NCBI RefSeq assembly: GCF_002113885.1 | Contig: NW_018408732.1 | Span: forward strand, 309,473 to 373,472 | Origin: Mizuhopecten yessoensis | Lineage: Eukaryota | Direction of reading: 5' to 3' | Length of the DNA stretch: 64,000 bases | Part shown: piece after piece, positions 23,114-36,750 of the stretch | Layout of the letters: every line of letters begins with the position of its first letter | Position numbering within the stretch: position 1 is the stretch's first letter | Translations under genes and position numbers: made by a program | Notes under the pieces: generated by a model | Told to the model about the DNA's origin: nothing | What the model saw: the letters and a program-made list of their open reading frames with translations, nothing else | Database searches by the model: none

Positions 23114-23330
23114 TGACGACAGAGAGGGTCAGCACACGTCACCTCCGCCTGTCACCACACACACGTCACATCCGCCTGTCACCACACACACGTCACTTGA
23201 TGTAACCCCCTGCATGTCATAAGAGGCAACTGTACTGATATCACCTCATACTGAGACCAACTCACAACTCTGTAGTCAAATATAAACAAAATTTACAAAT
23301 TTGTTAGGACTTACAGAACAAGGCAAGACT

Positions 23331-24480
23331 GTATCGCCACGTATGCTAGTGCATCATCAAGCATGATAGGACAGTGGTGGATGATACGTCACCACTGTCC
23401 TATCATGCTTGGTGTCGTATCATCCACCACTGTCCTATCAAGCTTGGTGACATATCATCCACCACTGTCCTATCATGCCTGGTGACATATCATCCACCAC
23501 TGTCCTATAATGCTTGGTGACATATCATCCACCACGGTCCTATCATGCTTGGTGACGTATCGCCACGTATGCTAGTGCATCATCAAGCATGATAGGACAG
23601 TGGTAGATGATACGTCACCAAGCATGATAGGCCAGTGGTGTATGATATGTCACCAAGCATGATAGGCCAGTGGTGGATGATACGTCACCAAGGATGATAG
23701 GACAGTGGTGGATGATATGTAACCAAACATGATAGGACAGTGGTGGATGATCTGTCACCAAGCATGATAGGACAGTGGGGGATGATACGTCACCAAGCAT
23801 GATAGGCCAGTGGTGTATGATATGTCACCAAGCATGATAGGACAGAGGCGGATGATATGTCACCAAACATGATAGGACAGTGGTGGATGATATGTCACCA
23901 AACATGATAGGACAGTGGAGGATGATACGTCACCAAACATGATAGGACAGGGGTGGATGATATGTCACCAAGCATGATAGAACAGTGGTGGATGATACGT
24001 CACCAAGGATGATAGGACAGTGGTGGATGATATGTCACCAGGCATGATAGGACAGTGGTGGATGATCTGTCACCAAGCATGATAGGACAGTGGAGGATGA
24101 TACGTCACCAAACATGATAGGACAGAGGTGGATGATACGTCACCAAGCATGATCGGACAGTGGTGGATGATCCGTCACCAAGCATGATAGGACAGTGGAG
24201 GATGATACGTCACCAAACATGATAGGACAGGGGTGGATGATATGTCACCAAGCATGATAGAACAGTGGTGGATGATACGTCACCAAACATGATAGGACAG
24301 TGGGGGATGATATGTCACCAAGCATGATAGAACAGTGGTGGATGATACGTCACCAAACATGATAGGACAGAGGTGGATGATACGTCACCAAGCATGATAG
24401 GCCAGTGGTGTATGATATGTCACCAAGCATGATAGGACAGTGGTGGATGATACGTCACCAAAGACGATAGAACAGTGGGG
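23331..24480. repeat. 35-bp minisatellite with an internal inverted block
   Basis: Unit caccaagcatgataggacagtggtggatgatacgt; about 23391-23560 is in the reverse orientation. Confidence 0.93.
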
Positions 24481-24884
24481 AGAGGAGAACAGTGATGAAG
24501 AGAACTCAATTTTATGAAAGAAAGATTTACCATTTGGACGAGTATGAACGCGGGGCAAAGAAGTGTAGTCGAGCTCCTGATGCACACAGCTAATACTGCC
24601 TCAAATCTGACATCACAAACAATCAGTTTTAGTCTTAATCTGAAGAACATTTCCAAAACATCTGCAACGGAAATTTCTGGAGAGTTCCGGTAACGTGTCC
24701 TTTCCATTGTTATTGTGTGTTAACGGCGACGTATGTTTGTTCAGCAGAAAGTGTCACGAAAATCGGCAAATGGGAACAGTCAATCTTATTTTCAGCTTAG
24801 AAATTAAACCGTCCTTGTCGATCCTGTTGTAAGCTAAGATTGAGGAAAGCTAATAGCTGAGAAGAGTATTAATGACCTTGATTT

Positions 24885-25042
24885 CAAGTTCAGGAGGGTA
24901 CACGATCGAAGTGGTCAAGTTCAGGAGGGTATACGATCGAAGTGGTCAAGGTCAGGAGGGTACACGATCGAAGTGGTCTGGGTCAGGAGGGTACACGATC
25001 GAAGTGGTCAAGGTCAGGAGGGTACACGATCGAAGTGGTCAA
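24885..25042. repeat. 31-bp tandem repeat x5
   Basis: caagttcaggagggtacacgatcgaagtggt. Confidence 0.9.
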
Positions 25043-26796
25043 TGAATTTCTTGATATTTAAAGACAACACGTCGTCGATACATCTAAAAGTGAAAATGAC
25101 GGAATTGACAATGTTTTTAAGTCGGTTCTAATAAGCTATTCAATACATGCAGCTTCATTTGAAAACTAAAACAAATTGTTCGCATAGGAGCCAGAAAATC
25201 TTGCTTCAAAACTCAGCAAAGATATTGTCAACCGGCCATTAAGTCACACTCACAATTTCACCCTCATCATATTCCATTGTGATTTTTGTCGTGGTTTTTT
25301 TCCCACAAAATATGTTCCAAAATAGTTTACATGAATATATTTATAGACCGATATTTATATCGCCGATCGCCTCTCTAAGAATGTTGGCATAAAAAGAGAA
25401 CGAACGCGTTCCTTCAGCTTGGTATGAGGCATGGCAGTGTTAAGTGTGGAGACAAGCGCTCTGATAGATCAAGATTGATCAAAGAATTTTTTTATTTTTT
25501 TTTACATTTTTATTCATACATTGTATCTTCCAAATCACTATCGCGTTTGACAATAAGTGACTGTAAGTTTAATGTGTTGTACTAGAGTTTGACAATGTCT
25601 GTTTGGACAAGATAGTTTGGTATACTAACGAAGTTACCGAGAAAACAGAAGCACATCACAGACTGACCAAGCGATAGTAACACTCTACACTACTGTGGGT
25701 TGACCACACACCTACACTGTAGAAATGGTCATTCACAGACAAAGGTCTTCCTGTGTTGGTTGACTCATAAAAATAGCGTTGACAACATAGCTGATATCTC
25801 TTCCTGTGTAGGTCATTAATCTGAGCGCCGGACGTTAAATGTCTTCCTCTTCAATTCACCTCGGGTTCGGCGCCCAGACCGAAACACGGAACCACATACT
25901 TTCCATAGATCTGTGAAACGAGATATGTGTGTCACCGAGTTGAATATTTTATCAAACACAGGGTCGGTGACCCGCTTTAACGCTGTATAGTTCAACAAAT
26001 TATATTTTTGATAAACATCAGATAAACTGAGATGTGTAAGACGAGTTAGCAGTAAGTCAATAGCGTCGTTATTGTCGCGTCGACAGCTCAGTGACGGGGT
26101 TCCCGATACCGTGCCGAATATTCTCTACCCTATAAAGCGTGTCGTATGGCGAGGTCTCAACACTACAGGCCACCTACAGTGTATTCAATTTAGCAGAGTT
26201 TTTGCTGGACACACAGTCTGTATTATATCATAAATCACATTGACAACAGTTGCTTTATGTTATCCATGCTACTTTTTAGTGGTATTTCACATACAGATGT
26301 TTTTACACAAAAGCATAAACAAATTCTTAGATGCTTCTACTTTCACTTTAAAGGTCGCGTGTGTCAGACAATTTTCGGTTTTAAACAATGCATCTCATGG
26401 TTTACCCAAATTGATAAATGGAAAAGATACGGAAAGTCACAGACATATTCCCAATGACTAAATGATTCCATAACCTTTTTCAAAATCCAAACTGAACAGA
26501 CGAGTGATGCATTTTTTTCTAAACATTTTCTTTGGGTTTGTAAAAAGATTGTATTCGGATCATGTTTACACATAGAAACTTACTGGTTGTGATACATAAT
26601 CTTTCTACAATACGAATGGTGCATGTTTTCAGAAGATCCTAATGAACACAATAAACACTTATTTAGCCGGGCATTTGTAAATGTGCCTTTACAACAGATG
26701 TGGGTTTGAAGGTCATCAGATACCCACACTTACTTATCAAAATAGTTCTACTTTAAATGCAAGCATGCCGTTGTGTTCAGTCCAATAGCACACAAC

Positions 26797-28016
26797 ACAC
26801 ACATCTTGGACTAACAATACATGAAAATTGTAAATGGCATCTGCATATCACAAATTTACTTACTAAAGCGTGGAAGAGAATAGACATTTTGCGAGCACTT
26901 AAATTTCAATTAGATAGGAATTCACTTGAAATCATGTACTTCTCATACATACGTCCGTTGTTAGAATATGCTGATATGGTATGGGGAAATTGCAATCAAC
27001 AGGACAATCAAGATATTGAAAAACTACAGATGGAGGCAGGCCGGATTGTTACAGGAGCAACAAAATCTGCATCAACTAATTCTATAACTTGGGAAACTGG
27101 ATGGGAATCTTTATCATATAGACGTTATAAACATAGAATGATAGCATTGTACAATCTGTATCATAAGCATGCCCCTGCATATCTACAGAACATACTACCC
27201 CCAAGTATTGGTGCCTCTCAAGGTTATAGACTAAGGTCAAACTCAAATATGCATCCCCCATCCAGTAAAACTAATACCTACCAATCTTCGTTCCTACCTA
27301 CAGCCATACGAGAATGGAACGCAATTCCTGATGAAACCAGAAATTCACCGTCTAAACCTTGTTTTGTAAGATATTTAAGCCGGAATAAAATCAAAAAGCC
27401 GTCCTATTATTTCAATGGCCACCGTAAGGCCCAGGTACTCCATACAAGACTTCGTCTTGGTTGTAGCTTTTTAAATTATGATCTGTGCAAAAACCATGTT
27501 GCTGAGTCAAACCTATGTCAATGCGGTAGTAATGAGACAGCATCTCATTTCTTATTAGAATGTACAAACTATAGACAACATAGACTTAATACAATATCTG
27601 AGCTAAATATAAACATAAATATTGATATATTGCTTCAAGGTGACCCAAATTTGTCTCAAATAGAAAATATTGAAATTTTTAATCAAGTCCAGAGGTTCAT
27701 TATGGCATCAGGCAGATTCTAGGTGTTGAAGTGGAATCTCATCACTCTCTCAAATTTCTAAATCTCTATCTTCTATCTCTCTTAACAATTTAACTCTTTA
27801 TTTCTCATTTCTTTCTTTCTTACTAATTAGGTTAAAATGTGTGTTACATATGTTAAACAGTTATGGTCAGTCAGAGAATATAAATGTTTGTTAAATGTTA
27901 CCTGAAGGAGATGGCCTAATATAAGATTTTATATCTTGTCGCCAGATCCTTTCAATTTATGTGATTGTATTGTATTGTAAATGAATTTAAGTAATAAATA
28001 ATAAATATTGTTTAAA
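26797..28016 (+). mobile_element. 5'-truncated non-LTR retrotransposon (CR1/L2-group-like LINE): C-terminal ORF2 plus 3' UTR
   Basis: ORF 26757-27722 with post-RT motifs HLGL...W..HI and YIRPLLEYADMVW and a C-terminal CQCG...HFLLEC motif; AATAAA-rich tail; TSD ccaatagca(c/t)acaac at 26782-26796 and 28017-28031. Confidence 0.9.
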
Positions 28017-30669
28017 CCAATAGCATACAACGTTAGTAAAATGCTACTCTGTCGATCTCATTTCTACGGTGGCTGATTTACCATTTGTCTTTCGTTATTC
28101 AACGTCACAGGCAGTCTGGTTATGATACAGGAGGCAAATGAACGATAATCACCGTTCGCCGCCGAGGGACGATAAGAGAAACTAAGTTGCCTGTTAAAGT
28201 CCCTAAATCTTTGTTTAGAAATAAGCACATGATGTATCCTCATAAAATACATAACATTTAATTTTGTATACCGTTGTAAGTTTGTAAAGAGAAGAAATAT
28301 AAAGTTGATTTATCGTTACCACCGTTCACTCGTCTTGTTAGCCTCTAGCCTCATGTATCCCGGAAAGAAAAATATGGTAATCTGTATAAGCCGTTTTTTT
28401 TTTAACAATTGACATAATATGAACACCTAAGAACTCTGGAGCCGCCACGTTCAGACTAGAATACCGTGTCAGTACGTGATATCAGCAATCAATGATCAAA
28501 TGTTGGTGGTAATCAAATGTATAAAGTTACGTTGGGATGTTACTTTAACCGAAGTCCTTGAGTCCGTCGCCATCATGGGATGTGCGTACCTGATGGTGCG
28601 GGCACCGATAGCTTCACAGCAGTGAGTAGTATTGAGTGAGGAAATCCGGCGGAGAAACTCTCATTTATGTTTTATTTAAAGTATAGTGTAGACGGACTAA
28701 ACGATTCTTGTTTGAGTGGTCAGTCATTTCAAATGTATCATTTGTGGATAAAATTCGGCGTGGCCGGCTAAGTGGACGTATGGGACATGGGGGACAGTAG
28801 GAGAGTATCACGATGTTAGGGCGAGGGTACATGAGGTACAGTACAACACAATACTGCCCAGTCACAATTAACGTATACGCCAATGACCTACAACAAAACA
28901 CTTATAGTATAGGAGGCACAATGTAACACTACTTACTTAGTGTTATTTGTGTTACCTATTAAACACTTCGGAACAAACAATATTGCGTTGGTTTGATGTG
29001 TATACACAGGGTAGTCCGTGGATGACGTTGAACGAGTAAACTATTTAAGTATCCAGTCACACTGATCAGGACACCATTTATGACGTCCAACGGGTAAACA
29101 CGAAATATCAGTTTATTTGAGAAAAAGCGCGCCTTCCAGATTCGCGATATGGTGTTGGAATATGTTTGTGGGCAAAAGGGTTTTCATCGTCATAAAAGTA
29201 AATAATATACTTACTAGAATATACTTTTTATAAAACAAAGTTTAGAAATCGTTTCCAATTATGGAGATATCTGACTTTGAGAATGTGGCGTAGTGAGTCG
29301 CGTGCTAACCAACGGAGACATGGGGATAAATACTCGGAAATAATCCCGGGAGTTCTGGACCAGAACTATCTGTACAGTATGACATAAACTGTTGTGACAC
29401 TCAGACAGAAAGCGTCAACTGTTTACGTCATTAACGGCGAGATTTCGATCTGTCCTGAAGGACGTACAGACCACGGGGTAGTGGGTGGTGTATATCACTG
29501 AAATACGTTTAAAGCTGACTTTGGTTTTAAAAGATATTTGGTTTTATTATTGGCTGTTCCTCTGTCTGCTAAGAAACATAAATCTCTATATCTTTTTAAA
29601 TTATTTTTTATTCATCAGCTCTATAAAATATCCATTCTCTGACATGATCCAGGTAGGTCGTCATGTGCAATGAGAATATTTCATTTATGTGTTTTTAACT
29701 GGTTGGGGACGGGTTTGTTTTTAACTGGTTGGGGACGGGTTTGTTTTGTTAATTTATCTAAGTTTCGTGATAAACTACTTTCTTGTTTCTCTTGAGTGTA
29801 TCTTGTGTATCAAAACATTATTATCATTTTAAGACCAAGTCTGCCAACATACTGCAATTATTTCATCTACACTTGTACCTTTAGCGGGGAAGTTCTAACC
29901 TATGCTATACTTCGGCCTATACCGCTATTGATACAGAAGGGTCTCACATACTGGTAATAAATGTGTGTAAGTTTGTCTTGACCAATCAAACTTAAAAACT
30001 GCAAGAAAAGTTAACACAAAACTAAGCTATACCTTATAAGGATCATTATACTTTGGGAGGGATAAACGCCCAAGGGGTGACAACCCGGGCGGCGCTCCCG
30101 TGTTATCTGGGGCGTTTACTACCGTGCTGCGACTAACAATTCAATGATTTAATTATGGGAAAACAAACGACTTGGAATGAACATTTATCTAGATAAAACT
30201 AACATGCTACTGCTTGCGCTTACAACTTATTCTATATCCGGTGGACCCGACAGATTTAATGATTATCTACACGATTATGTACATTGGTTTTATACGTCTC
30301 TGATCAGACAAAAAGTTCCGTCAACGGGAAACTGTATTCAACTTTCTGCCTGTTAAACACTGGTTTCATTTTACCACGGAGTTATTAGCGATAAAATAAA
30401 TGAAACATTGAATGGGGTAATACGGCAGTAAGTGTAATAGTAGGCATTTAACTGACCATAGTTACACCGCAGTCGGTTTTATTGTGTTGCGTTATCTTGA
30501 TCCTATAAATATCCGGACATGTGACGTAACGTGGTCTCATGTCCCGGTGACTTCGTCCTCCCAACGCCATTGTGATGGTTAAAAATAGTCTAATACAGGT
30601 ACAATACCTATCTGTCTGTAGCTATTGGTGGTAATACCCATCTGTCTAGTGTTTGGTATGTATACCCCT

Positions 30670-31935
30670 GTCACCGAGGTATTAGCCAAAATTATCTACC
30701 CATTACTTACCATACCTACCGAGGTCCCAGTCCGAACTGGTTTGTCTATACCTACCGAAACCACCGAGGTCCAAATCAAAACTTATATACCAATTACCTA
30801 TTCTTACCACGGTGGTCCAAGCCCAAACCTACCGAGGTCCTAGCCCAAACTCATCTAGCATTACCTACCTACAACTACCGAGGTCCTAGTCCAAACTTAT
30901 CTACCCATTATTTACCCACAACTACCGAGGTCCTAGTCCAAACTTATCTACTCATTATTTACCCCCAACTACCGAGGTCCTAGTCCAAATTTATCTACCC
31001 ATTATTTACCCACAACTACCGAGGTCCTAGTCCAAACTTATCTACCCATTACTAACCCCTACCGAGGTTCTGGTCCAAACTTATCTACCCATTACTTACC
31101 CCTACCGAGGTCCTAGCCCAAACCTATCTACCCATAACCTTCACCAACTACCGAGGTCCTAGCCCTTATCTACCCATAACCTACACACAACTACCGAGGT
31201 TCTAGCCCAAACCTACCTACCCATAACCTTCACCAACTATCGAGGTCCTAGTCCAAACCTACCTACCCATAACCTACCAACAACTACCGAGGTCCTAGTC
31301 CAAACCTACCTACCCATAACCTACACCAACTACCGAGGTCCTAGCCCTTATCTACCTACCCATAACCTACCAGTGGCGGATCCAGAGGGGTTTTATGGGC
31401 TTCAGGAAACCCCCCCACCCCGATAATTTTCTTTAAAAATCATGTATTTTCCCCATTTTCCTCAATTTGTCCCCACATGGAAACCCCCCCACGAAATTTC
31501 GAAACCCCCCCAGGCAATTTGGAAACCCCCCCAGATAGGTCTCTGGATCCGCCACTGCCTACCCACAACTACCGATGTCCTAGCCCTTATCTACCTACCC
31601 ATAACCTACCCACAACTACCGATGTCCTAGCCCAAACCTATACCTACCCATAACCTACCCACAATTACCGAGGTCCTAGCCCTTATCTACCTACCCATAA
31701 CCTACCAACAACTACCGAGGTCCTAGTCCAAACCTACCTACCCATAACCTACCCACAACTACCGAGGTCCTAGCCCTTATCTACCTACCCATAACCTACC
31801 CACAACTACGGATGTCCTAGCCCAAACCTATACCTACCCATAACCTACCCACAATTACCGAGGTCCTTAATCCTACCTTATTTACCCATAACCTACCCAC
31901 AACTACCAAGGTCCTAGCTCTTATCTACCCATTAC
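30670..31935. repeat. Degenerate 42-48 bp minisatellite
   Basis: Core ctaccgaggtcctagcccaaacctatctacccataacctacccacaa. Confidence 0.9.
31371..31557. mobile_element. 187-bp MITE inserted in the minisatellite
   Basis: Perfect 17-bp TIR cagtggcggatccagag / ctctggatccgccactg; 5-bp TSD cctac; internal gaaacccccc repeats. Confidence 0.9.
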
Positions 31936-32499
31936 AAACTAATCTACGTCTTCTATTATCGCCGACTCAGTCCGATAGCATTAGGTTCTCCGGTTTTTGC
32001 TGGAATTTTCACGACCAGGCCAAACTAGTTTACACGTTAGTTTTATAGTCGTGCAACAATACCTCTGGATTTTGGTTACTCATAAACTTAAAAGATTATT
32101 AATCGCCTCAGACCGCCTCTCCTTATAGCAGAATCCTGGCTAAAATCTGTTTGTGGTACGGTACAAATCTGTCCGAAAGTATTAGCTACGCCTCACAGCC
32201 ACAGTTCCCCAAATCTGATTAAATACAAAAAACATCAACCAGGAAAATGCCAAGAGCAGCCTATATTAGAGGCAGCAGAGTCAATCCATCAGTTTGTACT
32301 CACACAGAAACATGAGAGTCAATGCGTTACATTCCATGTTAATTGTTCATGTTTGGACCTAAGCTAATGTGTCCAGGGCAATGTTGATCAACTTTCGGTT
32401 ATAACGCTTACCGCCTCCCCCCCCNAATATAATCTTAGGTCTTATATAGCCTTTGAACAGTCTTCGGTTCGACCTACCGAGTGTCTAAATACCTAACTG

Positions 32500-33569
32500 A
32501 CCTGGTCAAGTCGAACCACGAAATAAGGACTAGAACCAAAACCTAACGTCAGTGTGACGCTAGAAATCTGAGCCTAATTCCGTGTAATCCAGGGCACTCA
32601 GTCGATTGATTAAACTGTTAAGCTATTATGAAATATCTTTGGATTATGTCATAGTAAATAAACTTGGAAACAGGACCCGATTGTGTGCCGTCACGGACGG
32701 GTGATTGTTGGTATTACGTGTTGTGTTTGTTTACAGTTGTATGTTGGTGTGACACGTTTGTGTATTACACATCGGGTTTGTGTATATTTCCAAGTACTCG
32801 TGGCTCAAGTGGGTTTAAAAGGTTTAAAAAGGTTTAATGGAAGGTATTAAGTTATTTATTTTACACACTGTTTTTACTCGTTATAAGATTGTGAAGAATC
32901 CTGCAACATCGTATATTTATAAACCCCGGTGACCAGAGCTGTCGCTCCCCTATGGAGAGCACGTGGCTGGATCGACTCGTGAGGCGCGCGCTCCTTTGAA
33001 GTTTAATTCAGTGTTCGGGGTCTGCTCCGAACAGGCGGACAGGGAAACAGCGAGTCAAGTACAGCTATATAGTCATGTTTTACAGCTAAATGTTTTTATA
33101 GGGACGCTGTTGAACTTGTTAGCTGATATCTGATAATTTTTGTTGAAAGATAACTTTTTTCCCAGCGGATGTAGCCATATTTTAATATCTCGGAAACACC
33201 GTACTTTTTTGCGCTCCGGGAATTTACAGGTAGGTTTTCTATTTAGCGTTGCCTACTTTTACTGAACAGACTCGTATTGTATGTAGCATATTAGAGGCGT
33301 TACGGTCAGTGCGTTTTTTACAGTCCCAGTTATAAACCTATATAAGGCCGTATGTGTCTATAACTTATGACCGTAATTTTTGCAGATCCGTCATATTTCC
33401 TGTGGGCCTGGCTGAACGCACGTGGAAGCGATTATTCAGTTTACCACGGTATTAAGAGCAGACGATCACTGAGGGAAGGTCCAGCCGTGCGCTCACCTCG
33501 CTCCATGGATAGATAATTTTACCTGGGCTATTTTGTGAATTAATTTTCTTTGGAGAACCTTAATCTAAA
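32500..33569 (+). promoter_or_regulatory. Probable promoter and spliced 5' UTR of the second gene
   Basis: CpG-rich segment; donor cag|gtaggt at 33229/33230 and acceptor tttttgcag at 33385 define a 156-nt UTR intron; short uORF ATGGATAGATAA near 33505. TSS not located. Confidence 0.45.
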
Positions 33570-33681
33570 ATGATTCCACGGGGAAAAATGATTTCCGTGA
33601 CTTGGAAAATACTGCTGATTTCTCTGGTGCTCGCCTGTCATGTGGAGGCCGGAGGAGGAAAAAAACGGCCGAGTAAAAAAG
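33570..33681 (+). CDS. First coding exon of an unidentified secreted or membrane protein (MIPRGKMISVTWKILLISLVLACHVEA-GGGKKRPSKK)
   Basis: aaaATG context, basic n-region, hydrophobic core ILLISLVLA, V-E-A cleavage motif, strong phase-1 donor AAG|gtaggt at 33682. Confidence 0.7.
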
Positions 33682-36453
33682 GTAGGTGTTTTTGTGGCAG
33701 TTTTCATCCCAAGACTAAAATCCAGTAAGGTATGTACATGACTTACCTCCATTCCTTATCAACTGTTAGACACCTTTATAAATTAAAGTGTACCCTCCCC
33801 TCCCGATCTTACATGAAAACTAAACCCTGGAATTAGTGATAAGACATCTTTAACCTTGGTACTTCTCCCATAAAATGTGGATGTAAATCATCCTCAGTCA
33901 CCTTGGGCAGATTTCCCCACTTTTTAAAATTCACTGCTGTGTTTGATGCTTCCCCTGCCTCCAGGGGCATTCAACGATTAATGTGTGCGAACTTTGTAGC
34001 CAGCATTACCCTAATCCTTCAGAAAGTGTCTAGTTTACTGCCATTAAGATTTTAATGCTTGACTTATTAGCCTCTGACCTTATTTCCCATATCTCCCGCC
34101 CTCCCCTCCCTGTAAGCTTCCCCATCCCCTCCCTCTCAGCTCTGGACTCAGGCCATTTACATATTAACACTGGATGAACTGCAGTATGATTATACAAGGC
34201 ATTCTTGTTGGAATACTGTACTCCCCTGGAGCCTAACCCCCTTTCATGAAGCTTTCTTCACTCCCCTCCTTAAGCCTTCAAAGGCAATCCCCACTTTGAG
34301 ATCCATAAATATTAATTGAATATTAGCTGGACATCTACTAGGTACTTTATAAAGAGTCATTCATTCTGTATTCCGAACATAAAACTGGTGGGAGATTATG
34401 GAGGCAATTGAAAAACTTGGTGTAGAGATTCAGTTTTACCTATTTTCCTGATTGGACTGTGCATAAATAGGATTTATAATCAACAGCTATTTATATCAAA
34501 CTAACTACCCCAGGGAAATGCAGGTACATGAACAGGGTTAACTGACCATCACATTATTTCCATGCTGGACATATGGAAGGGCCTACTTGGCTGGTGTAGA
34601 AGCTCTGTGGTGTTTGGTATGTGATAGATTTATTGGGTGCTGTCTCCCATTGATGGATTAGGGTATGGGGGAGGTGCTATCAGGGCTTTGTGTGACCATG
34701 TACCTACCCACCCGGTGGATCTGTACCTCTGGTCAGTTCAGCTCTGGTCATCTCTCATGACCTGTCAGGCCCGCATTCAGACCAGGTATTATTTAAACCC
34801 ATTTCAATGAACATACTCACTGTGCTGAAATTGTTGAAAGAACTGTTAACTTAACCTTTTCTGTTATTTAAATCATAAATCTTGTATCAATAATTTATGA
34901 TAGTATTTGGAAATTCCTGTGATCTCTGGATTTGATTAGAGAGAAAAAATCTGAATATAAAGACTTCTTACAACTAGCCCTGCAGAGGACATCATCATTC
35001 TTTTAAATATTTGTCTTTGCATTTAAAAAACATTAAAAACATTAGAATTTATTGCCTTATATACATCACTCATTAGAGAGAAGTATTCATACTTGTCGGC
35101 AGTTTTTGCAGAGTTTGGAAAATATTGTGACACCAAGCAAGATATGTCGGAGCTACAAAAAGTGTAGGGGAAAATGTAAACTGAGAAAAAGTTAGAATTT
35201 AGCATCTAGAACTGAACAAGACGTGAAAATAAACTAACAAGACATGAAATATAAACTTAGCATGAAAAAACTAACCAGACATAAAACCCAAGCTGACCAG
35301 GTGTTAAATTCTACCCATTTGTGTTAGGATAACCCAACACCCTGGATACTTTTTATAACACTTACTCAAAAACTGATTCATTGTTGCTCTGTCTGCTGTA
35401 TATTTAAAGTTACTCCTCACACATTTGCTTGGTTTAACAAATTTTAAGCTTGTCTGCTTTCTTTCTTCTCCCATAAAACCCAGAGCGGAACACCTCCCCT
35501 GATTGTATTCACTGAATGCAGGAATTGGTCTGATTTACCCAGAGTGAATGGGATTCTCAACAATGTTTTAGATTATACTGTTGGTGAATAGATCACCGTG
35601 TCTGTTAAATTGTAATAATTACCAAAAGTCACGTAACTCAATCAACTCTGGGTAACAGAAGGAAGTCTGTCGAAACTCGCAGGTTAGGAAACGCCATCGT
35701 CGGCCTTCCTCATTATTTAGGTATTTAGATAAGAATATTGAATTAAATCAGTGGTATAGCATTCCTTGATGATGGACAATTCAGTATGTTAATTAGTGTG
35801 CCAACACAGCCGTCATAATATTGTCACTTTATAAAGTTACGAGACGATCAAATCACATGATCAATTAGAAATTATACACATTGAATGCCGTTTTTTGTTG
35901 AAAGGCTGTAATTGTAGTCAGAATATGGTGATCTTAAATTTGAAAACCACCAAACATGAAAATGATAGAAACAAAGCAACTGCTACATCTGTCGCTCCTA
36001 GAGTTATCAGTCCTGTCCATATATTTGTATCTCTGTCATCTCCAAGGATAATGGCAAATTTGTTGTCACATTATCATACATCATTTCTGGTGGTCGTGTT
36101 TTCCTAATTCTCCATATAGTGTATTTGAGGAACATTCTGTAATAATATATGGCAGTATTGAGGAAATCAGAATATCATTTAATACCATAAGATTTCAAAA
36201 TTTAATCCATCACTTATCAGATACGTTGTGCAGAGGTATATATGATTGATTGTATAGAGTTTAACATCCCATCAACAGCTAAGGTCATGTGGGATGTAGC
36301 TGTTGATGGGATGTAGAAGTAGAATTATTACATGTATAGTGAATATAAACCAGAACAACCACTAGAAATGATTGGGGTGATAAACCTAATTTGCCAAGAC
36401 ACTTGATTTGCTTGACATGTAGCTGAATGCAGAGATATATTGATTATATATTA

Positions 36454-36750
36454 TGTAGTACAATTGGACTGAGTCGATCATCGGCAACCAGGTAGCTAAA
36501 TTTTTCCGTCTAGAATGCGGAGGGTCTGGGTTCGAGCCCTGGTCTCGCTGTGCATTTTCCCATCTCCTGTTACAGTAGTGGTGCCTGTAACCAACACTTG
36601 TTTCAAGCAATGGGTGTACACTTGGCAAGGGGATACCCGAACCAGGGTTGTAAATAGTGATGTCTTCAGGGGTGAGGACTAAGAATAAGGAGGGAGGAAT
36701 GTAGAAGAACTGGACTGAGTCTTCGGCGACCTGGTAGCTCAATTGGTAGA
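36454..36750 (+). mobile_element. Miniature non-autonomous LTR element (TRIM) with tRNA-like LTRs; 3' LTR interrupted
   Basis: LTR1 TGTAG...CTGTTACA at 36454-36574 with B-box gggttcgagccc; PBS-like tggtgcc at 36579; PPT aaggagggaggaa at 36687-36699; LTR2 starts TGTAG at 36700 with A-box tagctcaattgg. Confidence 0.75.
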
